64,000 bases of DNA from Chloroflexota bacterium (GCA_043754535.1 JAYUUN010000082.1:1-64000); one strand, 5' to 3'; numbered from the stretch's first letter, positions 18,959 to 28,107 are shown. Numbers and translations are program-made. The notes: a model not told the origin generated them from the sequence alone.

Positions 18959-20374
18959 TCAATGACCAGCCCACTCACCAGCGGCCATCTGCTGGCGCAT
19001 AGGGACGACGAGCGGGGTCGGCGACTTGCGGTGGGTGCGAATTACTAGCGGGGTCGGCACCGCCTCTACACCACAGCTAGAGGCCGCCACCTCGCCTTCA
19101 GCCACGTAGTTCTCGTCCAGTACCTCAGCGTAGAGCGCATCGATCCGCATTGCGATCTGCGCCCAGGCGTAGAGGTGGGCGTGGCTAGATGCTTGCTGGC
19201 CCAGTTCGGCCCGTAGCAGCGGGCTGTCCAGCACCCGATGGATCGCCCTGGCCCAGGCGTTTACGTCGTCGTGGGCCAGGAGATAGCCAGTCTGCCCGTC
19301 GCGCACGGTGTAAGCCAGACCACCGACGCGGCTGGCGATTACCGGCGTACCACTCGCCATTGCCTCGACCGCCACCATACCGAACGACTCGTAGCGGCTA
19401 GGCATCAGCACCACGTCTGCACTAGCATAGTAGTCGCGCAGCTTCTCCTGCGGCTGCGCGCCAACAAAGCTGATCCGGTCGCAGATACCAAGGTCGGCGG
19501 CTAGATATTGCAGGCGCAGCATCTCTGCGTCCAGCACCGCCTTGCTAGTATCAACGTCGCCACCAACAACCAGAAGTTTGACCATCTCGCCGACCGCATC
19601 TTCTGTCTCAGCCAGCTTGTGGACGGCACGGAGCAACGTCTCCACCCCCTTGAGCGGCTCGATCCGCCCGACAAAGAGGGCATAGCGAGCGATAGAGCTA
19701 ACATCCAACCGCCTACGGGCCGCTCGCCGCTCGGCAGCAGTCATCGGGTGAAACATCTCGGTGTCCACGCCGCAAGGTACTGTTCGCACCTTCTTCGACG
19801 AAGCACCATAGTACCAGATCAGGTGCGCCTTCTCAGTCGGGGTCGGGGCGATCAGGCGATCCACTTGCCGCACTACTTCTTCTTCGCCGCGGATGCGCTG
19901 GTCAACCTCGCGCTCCTGTACGGTCTGCGCCACGCCGTTCTTCAGCTTGCCGAGGGTGTGGAACATCTGCAAGACTGGCACCCTCCGCCCCGCCCGCAAC
20001 CACTTTTCGCGCAAGCGGATACCTACCAGGCCGCTAAGCCAATAGTGGGCGTGGATTACATCATAGTCGCCGCCCTCTGCCAGGCGCAGTGCCTCCACGC
20101 CCGCCACGAACTGATCCAGGTGGTTGTAGACCTTGTTCTTGTCGTAGGCACCACGCGGCCCAGCCTCGATCTGGATCACCCGCACCCCCGGCACGAACTG
20201 GGTAATCTGCGGCTGGCTACTATCCTGCCAGCGAGTAAAGATATCTACTTCGTGGCCCAGCTTCGCCAATTCCTTGCTCAGGTCGCGCACATAAACGTTC
20301 ATGCCGCCCGTCTCTTTGCCACCAAGTGCAGCAAGCGGGCTGGTGTGTACGCTCAACATCGCTACTCTAGCCAT
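18959..20374 (-). CDS. GT4 glycosyltransferase, MshA-like
   Basis: SVHTSPLA..GG..TGGMNVYV, HAHYWLSG, FHTLGKLKN, VGRIEPLKG, PSRYESFGMVAVEAMASG. Confidence 0.85.
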   Translation of the reverse strand: MARVAMLSVHTSPLAALGGKETGGMNVYVRDLSKELAKLGHEVDIFTRWQDSSQPQITQFVPGVRVIQIEAGPRGAYDKNKVYNHLDQFVAGVEALRLAEGGDYDVIHAHYWLSGLVGIRLREKWLRAGRRVPVLQMFHTLGKLKNGVAQTVQEREVDQRIRGEEEVVRQVDRLIAPTPTEKAHLIWYYGASSKKVRTVPCGVDTEMFHPMTAAERRAARRRLDVSSIARYALFVGRIEPLKGVETLLRAVHKLAETEDAVGEMVKLLVVGGDVDTSKAVLDAEMLRLQYLAADLGICDRISFVGAQPQEKLRDYYASADVVLMPSRYESFGMVAVEAMASGTPVIASRVGGLAYTVRDGQTGYLLAHDDVNAWARAIHRVLDSPLLRAELGQQASSHAHLYAWAQIAMRIDALYAEVLDENYVAEGEVAASSCGVEAVPTPLVIRTHRKSPTPLVVPMRQQMAAGEWAGH

Positions 20375-21419
20375 TGTTTTTCTCCACAATCACATTAAAG
20401 ACTTCGCTGTTCACGGCACCGAGGTCATATTTGTAACGCTCAGTACCTTGCATGAAATCGAACCGCTTGTAACCTTGTTCGGTCACATCCTTGATAAAGT
20501 AGGCGGCAAGTAGCAGGCCAACGCTGTACTCGCGGTATTCCGGGTCATAGCCAGTGTTGTAGAGGTAGATCACCTCATCGCGGTCGAAGGCCAGGTACGA
20601 GGCGATCCGCTTGCCACCCACGCTCAGATAGTTGAGGCGCAGCCAGCCCACATCGGCAAGGGCAGCGGCCAGGTCGGTGAAGTAGGCAGCCATTGGCTCA
20701 GTCATGAACTGCTGCTTGGCCCCGGCGGCCAGGCGGTTGAGGCGAAAGAAGTCGGCCAGGTCGCCCACGATTGCGGCAGGGGGGACAGTGCTGTACTGGT
20801 AGTCGGGGAAAGCAGTCTCAAAGCGGCGGGTTTTGCGGCGCAATTCGTGGCGATCCTTCTTGTTGATCGCCGCCACGTGCGTCTCAAAGTTGCGGTCGGT
20901 GGGTAGCTCAATGTAGGGAGCTTTGTCTTCTTCAACCTCACGCACCGTGTAGCCCTGCACCTTCGCCCAATCGGGTAGCAGGGCGCGGGTGACGGAGGCG
21001 GCGGGAAGATTGTGCAGATCGAGGCTATCCCACTCTGCCGCGTGCTGCTCAAGGTACTGGCCGACGGCCTGCCAGACAGCAGGCGCATCAGCAGGCTGGC
21101 AGATAACATCTACGTAGTCGGAGACATCCACGCCGCCCACCAGGCGGACGATCCGTTGGCCGCTGCCACCAGGCTGACGGTCTGTCTCGTTGTCGGTAAG
21201 CTCACCGCTGAAGATGTAGAGCGGGGCAATGCCCTTCAGCACTCCACCCTCACGCAAGGTCAGGATGTGAGCATCGTAGTTGCTACCGAAGTGTTGCCAC
21301 CAGACGTTCTGGTACTGCCAGGACATGAATATGCCGGGGATAGCAGCCTCGGCAAGCAGTGCATTCCATTCCTCAGCAACCCCAGCTAGCTCTCCGAAGC
21401 TACAACACGAGACCTCCAT
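20367..21419 (-). CDS. GNAT-family protein, CelD/BcsL (Fem-like double GNAT)
   Basis: WQNVWWQHFG, GIAPL, VSDYVD, RHELRRKTRR, YNTGYDP, SVGLLL, FDFMQGTERYKYDLGA. Confidence 0.85.
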   Translation of the reverse strand: MEVSCCSFGELAGVAEEWNALLAEAAIPGIFMSWQYQNVWWQHFGSNYDAHILTLREGGVLKGIAPLYIFSGELTDNETDRQPGGSGQRIVRLVGGVDVSDYVDVICQPADAPAVWQAVGQYLEQHAAEWDSLDLHNLPAASVTRALLPDWAKVQGYTVREVEEDKAPYIELPTDRNFETHVAAINKKDRHELRRKTRRFETAFPDYQYSTVPPAAIVGDLADFFRLNRLAAGAKQQFMTEPMAAYFTDLAAALADVGWLRLNYLSVGGKRIASYLAFDRDEVIYLYNTGYDPEYREYSVGLLLAAYFIKDVTEQGYKRFDFMQGTERYKYDLGAVNSEVFNVIVEKNNG

Positions 21420-21570
21420 GCCCCCTCCTTGACCTTGCCTAATTGATACTATAATGATACCGCATTGCTCCTGCTTTGTCCATAAGCTGTTCGTATGAAT
21501 TGCCCAACCAAATGGGCTATGCAGCCACGAAACAGAGGCAAGTAGCGAACCACCAGCGGGTGCAGGCAGC

Positions 21571-21598
21571 AAAAATCCGCCGACAAAAGCAGCGGATT
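21571..21598 (-). terminator. Intrinsic terminator after tRNA-Arg
   Basis: Minus strand AATCCGCTG-CTTTTGT-CGGCGGATT followed by TTT. Confidence 0.65.
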
Positions 21599-21599
21599 G

Positions 21600-21676
21600 T
21601 GGTATCCCGGCTGGGATTTGAACCCAGAGTCTCACACTTAGGAGGCGTGCGCTTTATCCAGTTAAGCTACCGAGAC
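21600..21676 (-). tRNA. tRNA-Arg (anticodon CCT)
   Basis: GTCTCGG acceptor, D-arm, CACGC-CTCCTAA-GTGTG anticodon arm, GGTTCAAATCC, 3' CCA. Confidence 0.96.
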
Positions 21677-21867
21677 GAGCAGGCATGGACATTATACCCT
21701 AAGCCAGCCTGGTTTGACAAGTGGAGCGATGTGTTAAAAACTTCACAAACTATCTGTTAAATGTCTAACACACACTAACTGAACCATCGGGTATGATAAG
21801 GGTGTAGCAAGTGGCTACGCAAGGCAAGAGCCAAAGCCTCCAGAGAGGCACAAAGGAAAGAAAAGCG

Positions 21868-22068
21868 ATGAGTAACTTTTTGAAGGGCCTGTTCCACAAG
21901 ACCAACCGCAAGCAGCAGGCGAACCTGAGCGGCTACCCCTACCGCCACATCAGCCCCGACACGCACCAGAACATGACCATGCCACAGGGCCAGGGCAACG
22001 TAATGCAACTGCCCACCGGCTTCAGCCGCGACCCGCACTTTGAGCAGATGAGCTGGATTCGCCGTTAA
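21868..22068 (+). CDS. Small hypothetical protein (66 aa)
   Basis: AAGGA RBS, genome-like codon use, followed by hairpin GAGCGACCCACCCC...GGGGTGGGCCGCTC. Confidence 0.55.
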   Translation: MSNFLKGLFHKTNRKQQANLSGYPYRHISPDTHQNMTMPQGQGNVMQLPTGFSRDPHFEQMSWIRR

Positions 22069-22222
22069 CTGGCAGCCCCTCGCTTGCTAGCCCACATTGG
22101 GCCAGGCACAAGCTCCTCCTCAACAAGAGCGACCCACCCCCCTACCAGGGGTGGGCCGCTCTCTTGCTGCCCCAAAGAGAAGGACGAGCCTCGTTAGAAG
22201 CTGCCCTGAGGCGCAGTTGGGA

Positions 22223-23920
22223 TTACGCGCTCTTGCGCTCGCGCTCCTTGAAGGCGGTGTAATCGATGTCGGGGAACAGGTTGTCGCGGTCGAAGTAGTC
22301 GCGGGCGTTTTCGATGGCGCGGCCTTCCAGGGTGCCGTTGCTGGCGGTCAACGCGTCGGCTAGCTCGTTGAAGCGGGCTACGTGGTCGTTGAAGCGATTG
22401 ATCGCGTACTCACCTGCCTGCCCAGTCGTGACCAGGAAGGGCCAGTCGGAGCTTTCTAGCAAGACCAATTCGCGGGCGGCCTGTTGTAGCAGAAACAAGT
22501 GATCGCCCTCGGCAGTCGGGTAGTGGGCGACCAGTTCCTCCATCTTGTACTCGGCGGCGTGGATGATCGGCCACATCCACTCGGTGTCGGCGTTCTGCCA
22601 GACGAAGTGGGTGCCACCCTGCCCCCAGCTACTCTCTGGCAAGTCCAGCACATCCTCGGAGGGGTGCTGATCCAACCAGCCGCTGGCAGTAGTCAGTTCA
22701 ACCACTTCGCTCTTTGCCAGGTTGCGGAGGACGTGCTTCATCCAGTCTGGCCCCTCGAACCACCAGTGGCCGAACAGTTCGGTGTCGTAGGCCGAAGCGA
22801 TGATGCCCGGCTTGCCGTCATGCTGCTGGCTGTAGTCGCTGGTCAACCGCTCGACCAGGCTAGCAAAGTGGGCGGCGTGTTCGGCGATCCGCTGCTGCGC
22901 CCAGTAGGGGTCGTATGGCTCCTTCTCGCCCAGGTCGACTCGTGACCCCGTCACCTTCCAATACTGCATCCCGCTCACGCCGTCCTTACGATGGAACTCG
23001 CGGTAGTTGAAGTCGCCAGGGTAGCCATGCTCCGCGCTCCAAACCTGCATACCACTTTCCTTGTTGCGGCCCAGCACGCTGACGACAGGGCTATGCACGT
23101 AGTAGGGGTTGAAGGTGGTGCGGTTGGTTGGCGCGGCGTACTCGCTCTGCGGCACGACGTAGCGTTGCGGGATGCCACCGTAGGGGCCAACTGCATCGCC
23201 AGCGGCCTTGCCAACCGGCTTGCCGCCCTCTACAGTGTTGGTTTCGCTGAAGAAAAGTAGTTCCTTCTGCTCGGCCAAAAACTCCTCGATGCCAGGCTTG
23301 TAATACTTGCCTGTCGCGCCGTCGGCATAGTAAGCGGGTCGGTAGGCACACTCTGGCAACCAGATGGCGCGGGGTTCGCGGCCAAAGTGCTTCATATAGC
23401 TAGCTTTGCCCACACTCAGTTGGCCGCTGATCGAACTATCACGCTCCAGCAGCGGGAGGTAGCCGTGCGTGGCCGCGCTGGTGATGATCTCGATGTAGCC
23501 CTCATCCTGCAACTGCTTGAACGCACCGAGGATGTCGCTGCTGAAGCGGTTGAGGAAGCTCTGTTGCACCCCCGTGTACCAGTCGTGGTAGAACAGAGCC
23601 AGGTATTTCATGTGGCCATCGCCCGCAGCGTTAAAGCGTTCAATGTCCTTCGCAGCGGCAGCGATCTTGTCAGAGAGGTACTCGATGAAGTGTTCTTGCA
23701 CCAGGCTGTCAGCCAGCTGCTCGGCCAGCACTGGCGTAATGCCGATGGTCAGGCGGAAGGGGACACCCTCCTCACGCAGGTCGTAGAAGGCGTTGAGCAG
23801 GGGGATGTAGGTTTCGCTGGCCGCCTCGTGCAGCCATTCCTCGCCATGAGGCCAACGCCCTGCCCGACGGGCATAGGGAAGGTGGCTGTGCAGCACAAAC
23901 GTGAAGCCGCCAAGTGTCAT
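22223..23920 (-). CDS. GH57 1,4-alpha-glucan branching enzyme
   Basis: VLHSHLPY, EEWL.EA..ETYIPL, ATHGYLPL, WLPECAY, YDTELFGHWWFEG, QAARELVLLESSDWPF. Confidence 0.95.
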   Translation of the reverse strand: MTLGGFTFVLHSHLPYARRAGRWPHGEEWLHEAASETYIPLLNAFYDLREEGVPFRLTIGITPVLAEQLADSLVQEHFIEYLSDKIAAAAKDIERFNAAGDGHMKYLALFYHDWYTGVQQSFLNRFSSDILGAFKQLQDEGYIEIITSAATHGYLPLLERDSSISGQLSVGKASYMKHFGREPRAIWLPECAYRPAYYADGATGKYYKPGIEEFLAEQKELLFFSETNTVEGGKPVGKAAGDAVGPYGGIPQRYVVPQSEYAAPTNRTTFNPYYVHSPVVSVLGRNKESGMQVWSAEHGYPGDFNYREFHRKDGVSGMQYWKVTGSRVDLGEKEPYDPYWAQQRIAEHAAHFASLVERLTSDYSQQHDGKPGIIASAYDTELFGHWWFEGPDWMKHVLRNLAKSEVVELTTASGWLDQHPSEDVLDLPESSWGQGGTHFVWQNADTEWMWPIIHAAEYKMEELVAHYPTAEGDHLFLLQQAARELVLLESSDWPFLVTTGQAGEYAINRFNDHVARFNELADALTASNGTLEGRAIENARDYFDRDNLFPDIDYTAFKERERKSA

Positions 23921-24028
23921 ATCATACTCCTTGCAGTCAGATTGCGGGGTTTCGTTGCTGGCATTATAACAGCTACGTGTGCAGCTTGCAACTAATTTGT
24001 TCGGAGACTGGACGAACGAGGCCGCCCC

Positions 24029-25390
24029 TCAGCTAACCAGCACGATCACGATGTCGTTCACGTTTGTCCCGCTCAAGCCAGTGACGATTTGGGGCTGGCC
24101 GCCCGTGCATTGGGCTAGCCGTTGCCAGAAGCTGTAGCTGTCGTTGTTCGCCAAATACTCCCCTGCGTCAAGGCCACAGGCTGCGGCCCTCTGCACCGTG
24201 TACTGATCGGCAATTGCGCCAGCCGCCCCGCCACTGCCGTCGTCACCATCAGTCGCCAGGCTTGCCAGCGTAATACTGCGGCCCATCAGCTTCTCGCGCT
24301 GGCTATCGAGGGCGAGAGCGAAGGCGAGGGCTAGCTCCTGATTGCGCCCACCTCGCCCACTGCCCTGTACCTGCACCGTGGTTTCGCCGCCAAAGAGCAG
24401 CCCCCAATTAGCGGGCTTGCGCGCAACAGCCCCAGTGATGTAGGCGGCCAGCAGGTTAGCAAACTCGCGCGCTTCGCCGCTCAGGTACAGCGGGGCGCGC
24501 GCAGTCGAGTAGCCACCACTGCGTAGCACCACGAGGGCGGCATTGAGCGCAAGCTGGTTGCTGGCAATTACATAGCTGCGGGCATGGCTGAAGGCGGGAT
24601 CGCCGATCTTAGCTGTCTCCTCAAGGTTGCCCGCCGCCCCTGCTTGCAGTCGGGTCAGCACCGGTTCAGGCACCCGCTCGCGCAGAGCGAAGCGATCCAG
24701 CACCGCCAGTGCGTCGGCGAAAGTGGTCGGGTCGGGAACGGTTGGGCCGCTGGCGATCACCGCCAGGTCGTCACCCACCACGTCGCTGATTGCCAGGGTG
24801 AGCAGGTTGGTGGGGGCAGCCAGACGAGCTAGGCCACCGCCCTTCACCTGCGAGAGGTGTTTGCGGACAGCATTTAGCTGGTGGATGTCTGCGCCAGCCC
24901 GCAGCAGCAGGTCAGTAGTAGCTTGCAAGTCGCTGAGGGTGAGCGGGGAGGCTGGCAGTTCGAGCAGGGCCGAACCGCCACCACTGATCAGTACCAGCAG
25001 GCTATCCGCCTCGCTCTGGGCCAGGCGCACGATCTGCTCCGTGCCAGCCAACCCGCGTTCGTCGGGCAGGGGGTGGCTGGCAGGATGGATGGTGAGCGGG
25101 CCTATACTGCTAGGCGGCTGATCACCCTTGACGTTGAGCCAGCCACCCTTAATTCGGCTACCGAGGGCCGCCAGTGCGCCTTCTGCCATGCGCTCCCCCG
25201 CCTTGCCTGCCCCCACGACCAACACCTGCTCCCCCAGCAGTGGATAGCTGGCGAGAGCCTCCCGCACCGCCCGTACTGGGTCTGCCGCCAGCAGCACTGC
25301 GCGCACGCAAGCCTTCAGCGTGGTGCGGTGGCTGGCATTCAGCGGTAGGATCGCCGATGGCAGCGCATTGTTTTCGCTCAAGTCGTCCAT
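24029..25390 (-). CDS. Glycerate kinase type 2 (DUF4147/MOFRL)
   Basis: GAGKA, SHPLPD, ISGGGSAL, VRKHLSQVKGG, SDVVGDD, IASGPT, GGETTV, GRGGRNQE, TNVND. Confidence 0.93.
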   Translation of the reverse strand: MDDLSENNALPSAILPLNASHRTTLKACVRAVLLAADPVRAVREALASYPLLGEQVLVVGAGKAGERMAEGALAALGSRIKGGWLNVKGDQPPSSIGPLTIHPASHPLPDERGLAGTEQIVRLAQSEADSLLVLISGGGSALLELPASPLTLSDLQATTDLLLRAGADIHQLNAVRKHLSQVKGGGLARLAAPTNLLTLAISDVVGDDLAVIASGPTVPDPTTFADALAVLDRFALRERVPEPVLTRLQAGAAGNLEETAKIGDPAFSHARSYVIASNQLALNAALVVLRSGGYSTARAPLYLSGEAREFANLLAAYITGAVARKPANWGLLFGGETTVQVQGSGRGGRNQELALAFALALDSQREKLMGRSITLASLATDGDDGSGGAAGAIADQYTVQRAAACGLDAGEYLANNDSYSFWQRLAQCTGGQPQIVTGLSGTNVNDIVIVLVS

Positions 25391-25409
25391 AACGCTGATT
25401 ATAACACGA

Positions 25410-26069
25410 TCAGGGCCGCTGCAACCCAGCTAGCAACCGACAGGCCGCCGCCGTGATGCGCGCTTCGCTGAAGCCAAGCTCGTGCCGCTGGAACAGGTAG
25501 AGGTCGATGTTCAACGAAGCCAGCAGCCCGTCGGCCAGACACTCTGCATCCAGCGGCGCGCACTCGCCCGCCACCACCGCCCGGCGCAGTAGCCCCGCCA
25601 CAACCTTGTGCAGCCAGCCGTACATCTGCGAACGGTAGAGACTACCCCCCCGCTCACCCGCGTTCATTGCGCTTAGCAAGGGCGCATTGGCCTCGTTGAA
25701 GCTGCCCAGGCGGGTCAGCAGGCGGGCGATCAGCACTAGATTGGCGGTCTGCTCTGCCGCCCAGCCGTTCACCTCGTCCTGTAGCTGCTGGATGCGCTCG
25801 CCCAGCAGAACCATGCAGATTTCTCCCTTGCTCGCATAGCGGCGGTAGAGCGTCCCCTGGCCCACGCCCGCCGCCTGCCCAATCTGGTGCATGGTGACCA
25901 CCGCCACCCCCTCTGCGGCGAACAGGTCGCGGGCCGCGTCAAGGATACGCTGGCGGTTGTTCATGGCATCGCGCCTGCTGCTGTGCATCGTCAGCACGCT
26001 CCAACCACGATCTATTGCGGCCCAGCCCTCTGGCTGCTGGCTCAAGCCAGCCTGCTCAACTTCCAACAT
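25410..26069 (-). CDS. TetR-family transcriptional regulator
   Basis: RRDAMNNRQRILDAARDLF...IGQAAGVGQGTLYRRYASK HTH. Confidence 0.9.
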   Translation of the reverse strand: MLEVEQAGLSQQPEGWAAIDRGWSVLTMHSSRRDAMNNRQRILDAARDLFAAEGVAVVTMHQIGQAAGVGQGTLYRRYASKGEICMVLLGERIQQLQDEVNGWAAEQTANLVLIARLLTRLGSFNEANAPLLSAMNAGERGGSLYRSQMYGWLHKVVAGLLRRAVVAGECAPLDAECLADGLLASLNIDLYLFQRHELGFSEARITAAACRLLAGLQRP

Positions 26070-26081
26070 AGTAGCCTCAGC

Positions 26082-26131
26082 TTGACAAGGTAGACGGTTG
26101 TCCACTATAATGGAGTGGACAGTTGTCCACT
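26082..26131 (+). promoter_or_regulatory. Consensus sigma70 promoter with two TetR-type operators
   Basis: TTGACA (26082)-N18-TATAAT (26106); palindrome AGTGGACA-GT-TGTCCACT (26114-26131) and imperfect copy GGTAGACGGTTGTCCACT (26089-26106). Confidence 0.8.
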
Positions 26132-26197
26132 TAGCCATTATACCACGATTCGCCAGCACAGGCAAATACGTGTACAGCATTGAGGAGCAAAGAGAAG

Positions 26198-26605
26198 ATG
26201 TCACAGCAAGATAATGTAGTCCCTGCCAGCCACCAGGACCTGCTAGAGTCCAACGCCCTGGCCCACATCGCTACCATAGGGCCAGACGGTGAGCCGCAGA
26301 GTACCCCAATCTGGTTCAGTTGGGACGGCCAGTACCTCCGTTTCGGCCACACTACCGCCCGCCAGAAGTACCGCAATCTCAAGCGCGATCCCCGCGTGGC
26401 GATTAGCATCGTTGACCAGACTGACCCCTACCGCTACATCGAGTTGCGTGGCACTGTCAAGTCTATTGAGAACGATGAGGGCTACGCCTTCATCAACTCG
26501 CTAGCGAAGAAGTACATGGGCCTGGATGTCAACCCCTTCATCAGTCCCAGCGAACAGTACGTGGTGATCACGATTGAGCCAGAGCATAGCACCAAGATGG
26601 GTTGA
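26198..26605 (+). CDS. PPOX-class (F420-dependent-type) oxidoreductase
   Basis: ATIGPDGEPQSTPIWF, QKYRNLKRDPRVA, PYRYIELRG, LAKKYMG. Confidence 0.9.
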   Translation: MSQQDNVVPASHQDLLESNALAHIATIGPDGEPQSTPIWFSWDGQYLRFGHTTARQKYRNLKRDPRVAISIVDQTDPYRYIELRGTVKSIENDEGYAFINSLAKKYMGLDVNPFISPSEQYVVITIEPEHSTKMG

Positions 26606-26694
26606 CCGCCTGCGCTGCTGATCGGTGATGAACCCACTGATAGGCCTAATGCTACGTCAAGCGAAGCCGGGCAAGATAGGGGGAGGGCTGGTAC

Positions 26695-26876
26695 TAGTTA
26701 CATTCAGCAGGCGCAAGAGCGGCAAGCTGTGGTAACTACTTTGTCACCGAGGAAGGAGCAAACTGGTTGAGGGGTGTAACCGTAACTCAGTCTCCCGCAA
26801 GGAGACTAAGTTACATTTACACCCTCTGTGTAACCGTAACTCATTGGTCACGGCAAGGATGGTAGTCACAGTTACA
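26695..26876. repeat. Cluster of three related palindromic hairpins with a 16-bp direct repeat
   Basis: GTGTAACCGTAACTCA at 26774 and 26828; stems TAGTTAC/GTAACTA, GGGTGTAA/TTACACCC, AGTCTCC/GGAGACT, TGTAAC/GTTACA. Confidence 0.7.
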
Positions 26877-26902
26877 GCGGCCCTACTTCGCGGGCAGGCT
26901 GG

Positions 26903-27342
26903 TCAGAATCTGTGGCGGACGACTACGCCAGTTGTGGGCCGTGGTCTGGCTCCCAAGAGGCCACCGACGATAGCGGCTAGGGCAGCCAGGCCCAGTAGAG
27001 TACCCAGGCGGTGTTGCTGACTGTGCTTGTTACGTTCTTCACGTCTTGCGGGGTGACACTGGTAGCTACTGCTGCCGCAGTAGCCTGCACCCCCTGGACA
27101 GCCCCTTGACCTGCCGCCTACGCTGTTGCCTGGAGGCTGGGGTCGCCAGTAACTTGACCCAAGACGGGGGCGGCTACTTGAGCAGCGGTGCTGACGGTTG
27201 CGCCTACTAGCGAGCCAAAAGCTACCACTTTGTCTTTAGCGAGCAGCATAGCGACGCTACGGGTATCAGTGCCGAGGGCGACTATGACAGCAGCAGCCCA
27301 AGCTGGCAGTACCAGTCGAGCGGCAGTCCCCAACAGTGGCAA
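26903..27342 (-). pseudogene. Decayed membrane-protein gene
   Basis: Ala/Val-rich frame continues through TAG at 27118-27120 (AAGQGAVQGVQATAAAVATSVTPQDVKNVTSTVSNTAW), then frameshift near 27003 into TM segment TLLGLAALAAIVGGLLGARP...RF*. Confidence 0.55.
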
Positions 27343-27371
27343 CCAGGCAGGTAGTAATCTTAGCCAGCCTA

Positions 27372-27400
27372 TTGACAGGTTGTTACATCTGTGCTATGAT
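27372..27400 (+). promoter_or_regulatory. sigma70 promoter for RRM gene
   Basis: TTGACA-N17-TATGAT with TG extension. Confidence 0.65.
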
Positions 27401-27634
27401 TATTGCCGAGGGTTGTGCCTGTGCAACCCCCCGTGCGGTTAGCCACCGCCCAGTTCTTGTCAAGCGCATGGTTCCGGCTTACAGCAGTAGTTCAGCAGGT
27501 GGGTGTGGTCTTTGCGCTCCGTTCCTCGCCGCCGCCGCCAGCCATCATACAACGTATTGTGGACAGCCGCGCCGTGTGTGCCGTTCGTTAGGTAAGGTTT
27601 CGTGCCTGTTCAGAAAGGAAGTTGTAACAAGACC

Positions 27635-28093
27635 ATGACCGTTAAGCTCTATGTTGGTGGCCTCGCCTGGGCGGCGAAGGACGAAGATTTGCAGAGCCTG
27701 TTCAGCCAGGTGGGTGAGGTCGTCTCCGCCCGCGTCGTAACCGAGCGCGATGAGTACGGCAATTCGGCGCGCAGCCGAGGCTTCGGCTTCGTCGAGATGG
27801 CCGACCGTGAAGGAGCCGAGGCTGCTATCCAGCAGTTCAACGGCTACAATATGCTGGGCCGCAGCATCGTTGTCAACGAAGCCCGCCCCCGTGAAGAAGG
27901 CGGCGGCGGCGGTCGGGGCGGCGGTGGTGGCAGTCGGGGCGGCGGTTATCGCGGCGGCGGCGGTGGCGGCGGCTACGGCGGCGGCGGCGGTGGCGGCGGC
28001 TACAGCGGCGGCGGCGGTGGCGGCGGCTACAGCGGCGGCGGTGGTGGCAATCGCGGTGGCGGTGGTGGTGGCGACGACCGCTACAGCCGCTAA
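27635..28093 (+). CDS. RRM RNA-binding protein with Gly-rich (RGG/GGY) tail
   Basis: RNP2 KLYVGGL, RNP1 RGFGFVEM, VVNEARPRE. Confidence 0.96.
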   Translation: MTVKLYVGGLAWAAKDEDLQSLFSQVGEVVSARVVTERDEYGNSARSRGFGFVEMADREGAEAAIQQFNGYNMLGRSIVVNEARPREEGGGGGRGGGGGSRGGGYRGGGGGGGYGGGGGGGGYSGGGGGGGYSGGGGGNRGGGGGGDDRYSR

Positions 28094-28107
28094 CCCAGCC
28101 CCAAACC

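Noticed and set aside
26740..26765. GTCACCGAGGAAGGAGCA as SRP RNA domain IV
   Set aside because: Lacks the CAGG...GNRA...AGCA symmetric loop and the long enclosing helix
26774..26843. Two 16-bp direct repeats 38 bp apart as a mini CRISPR array
   Set aside because: Only two short copies; the spacer base-pairs with the repeat itself; no cas1/cas2 or effector genes in the window
27899..28072. (GGC)n-rich repeats and the Ala-rich antisense/alternative ORFs
   Set aside because: Explained by the Gly-rich tail of the RRM protein
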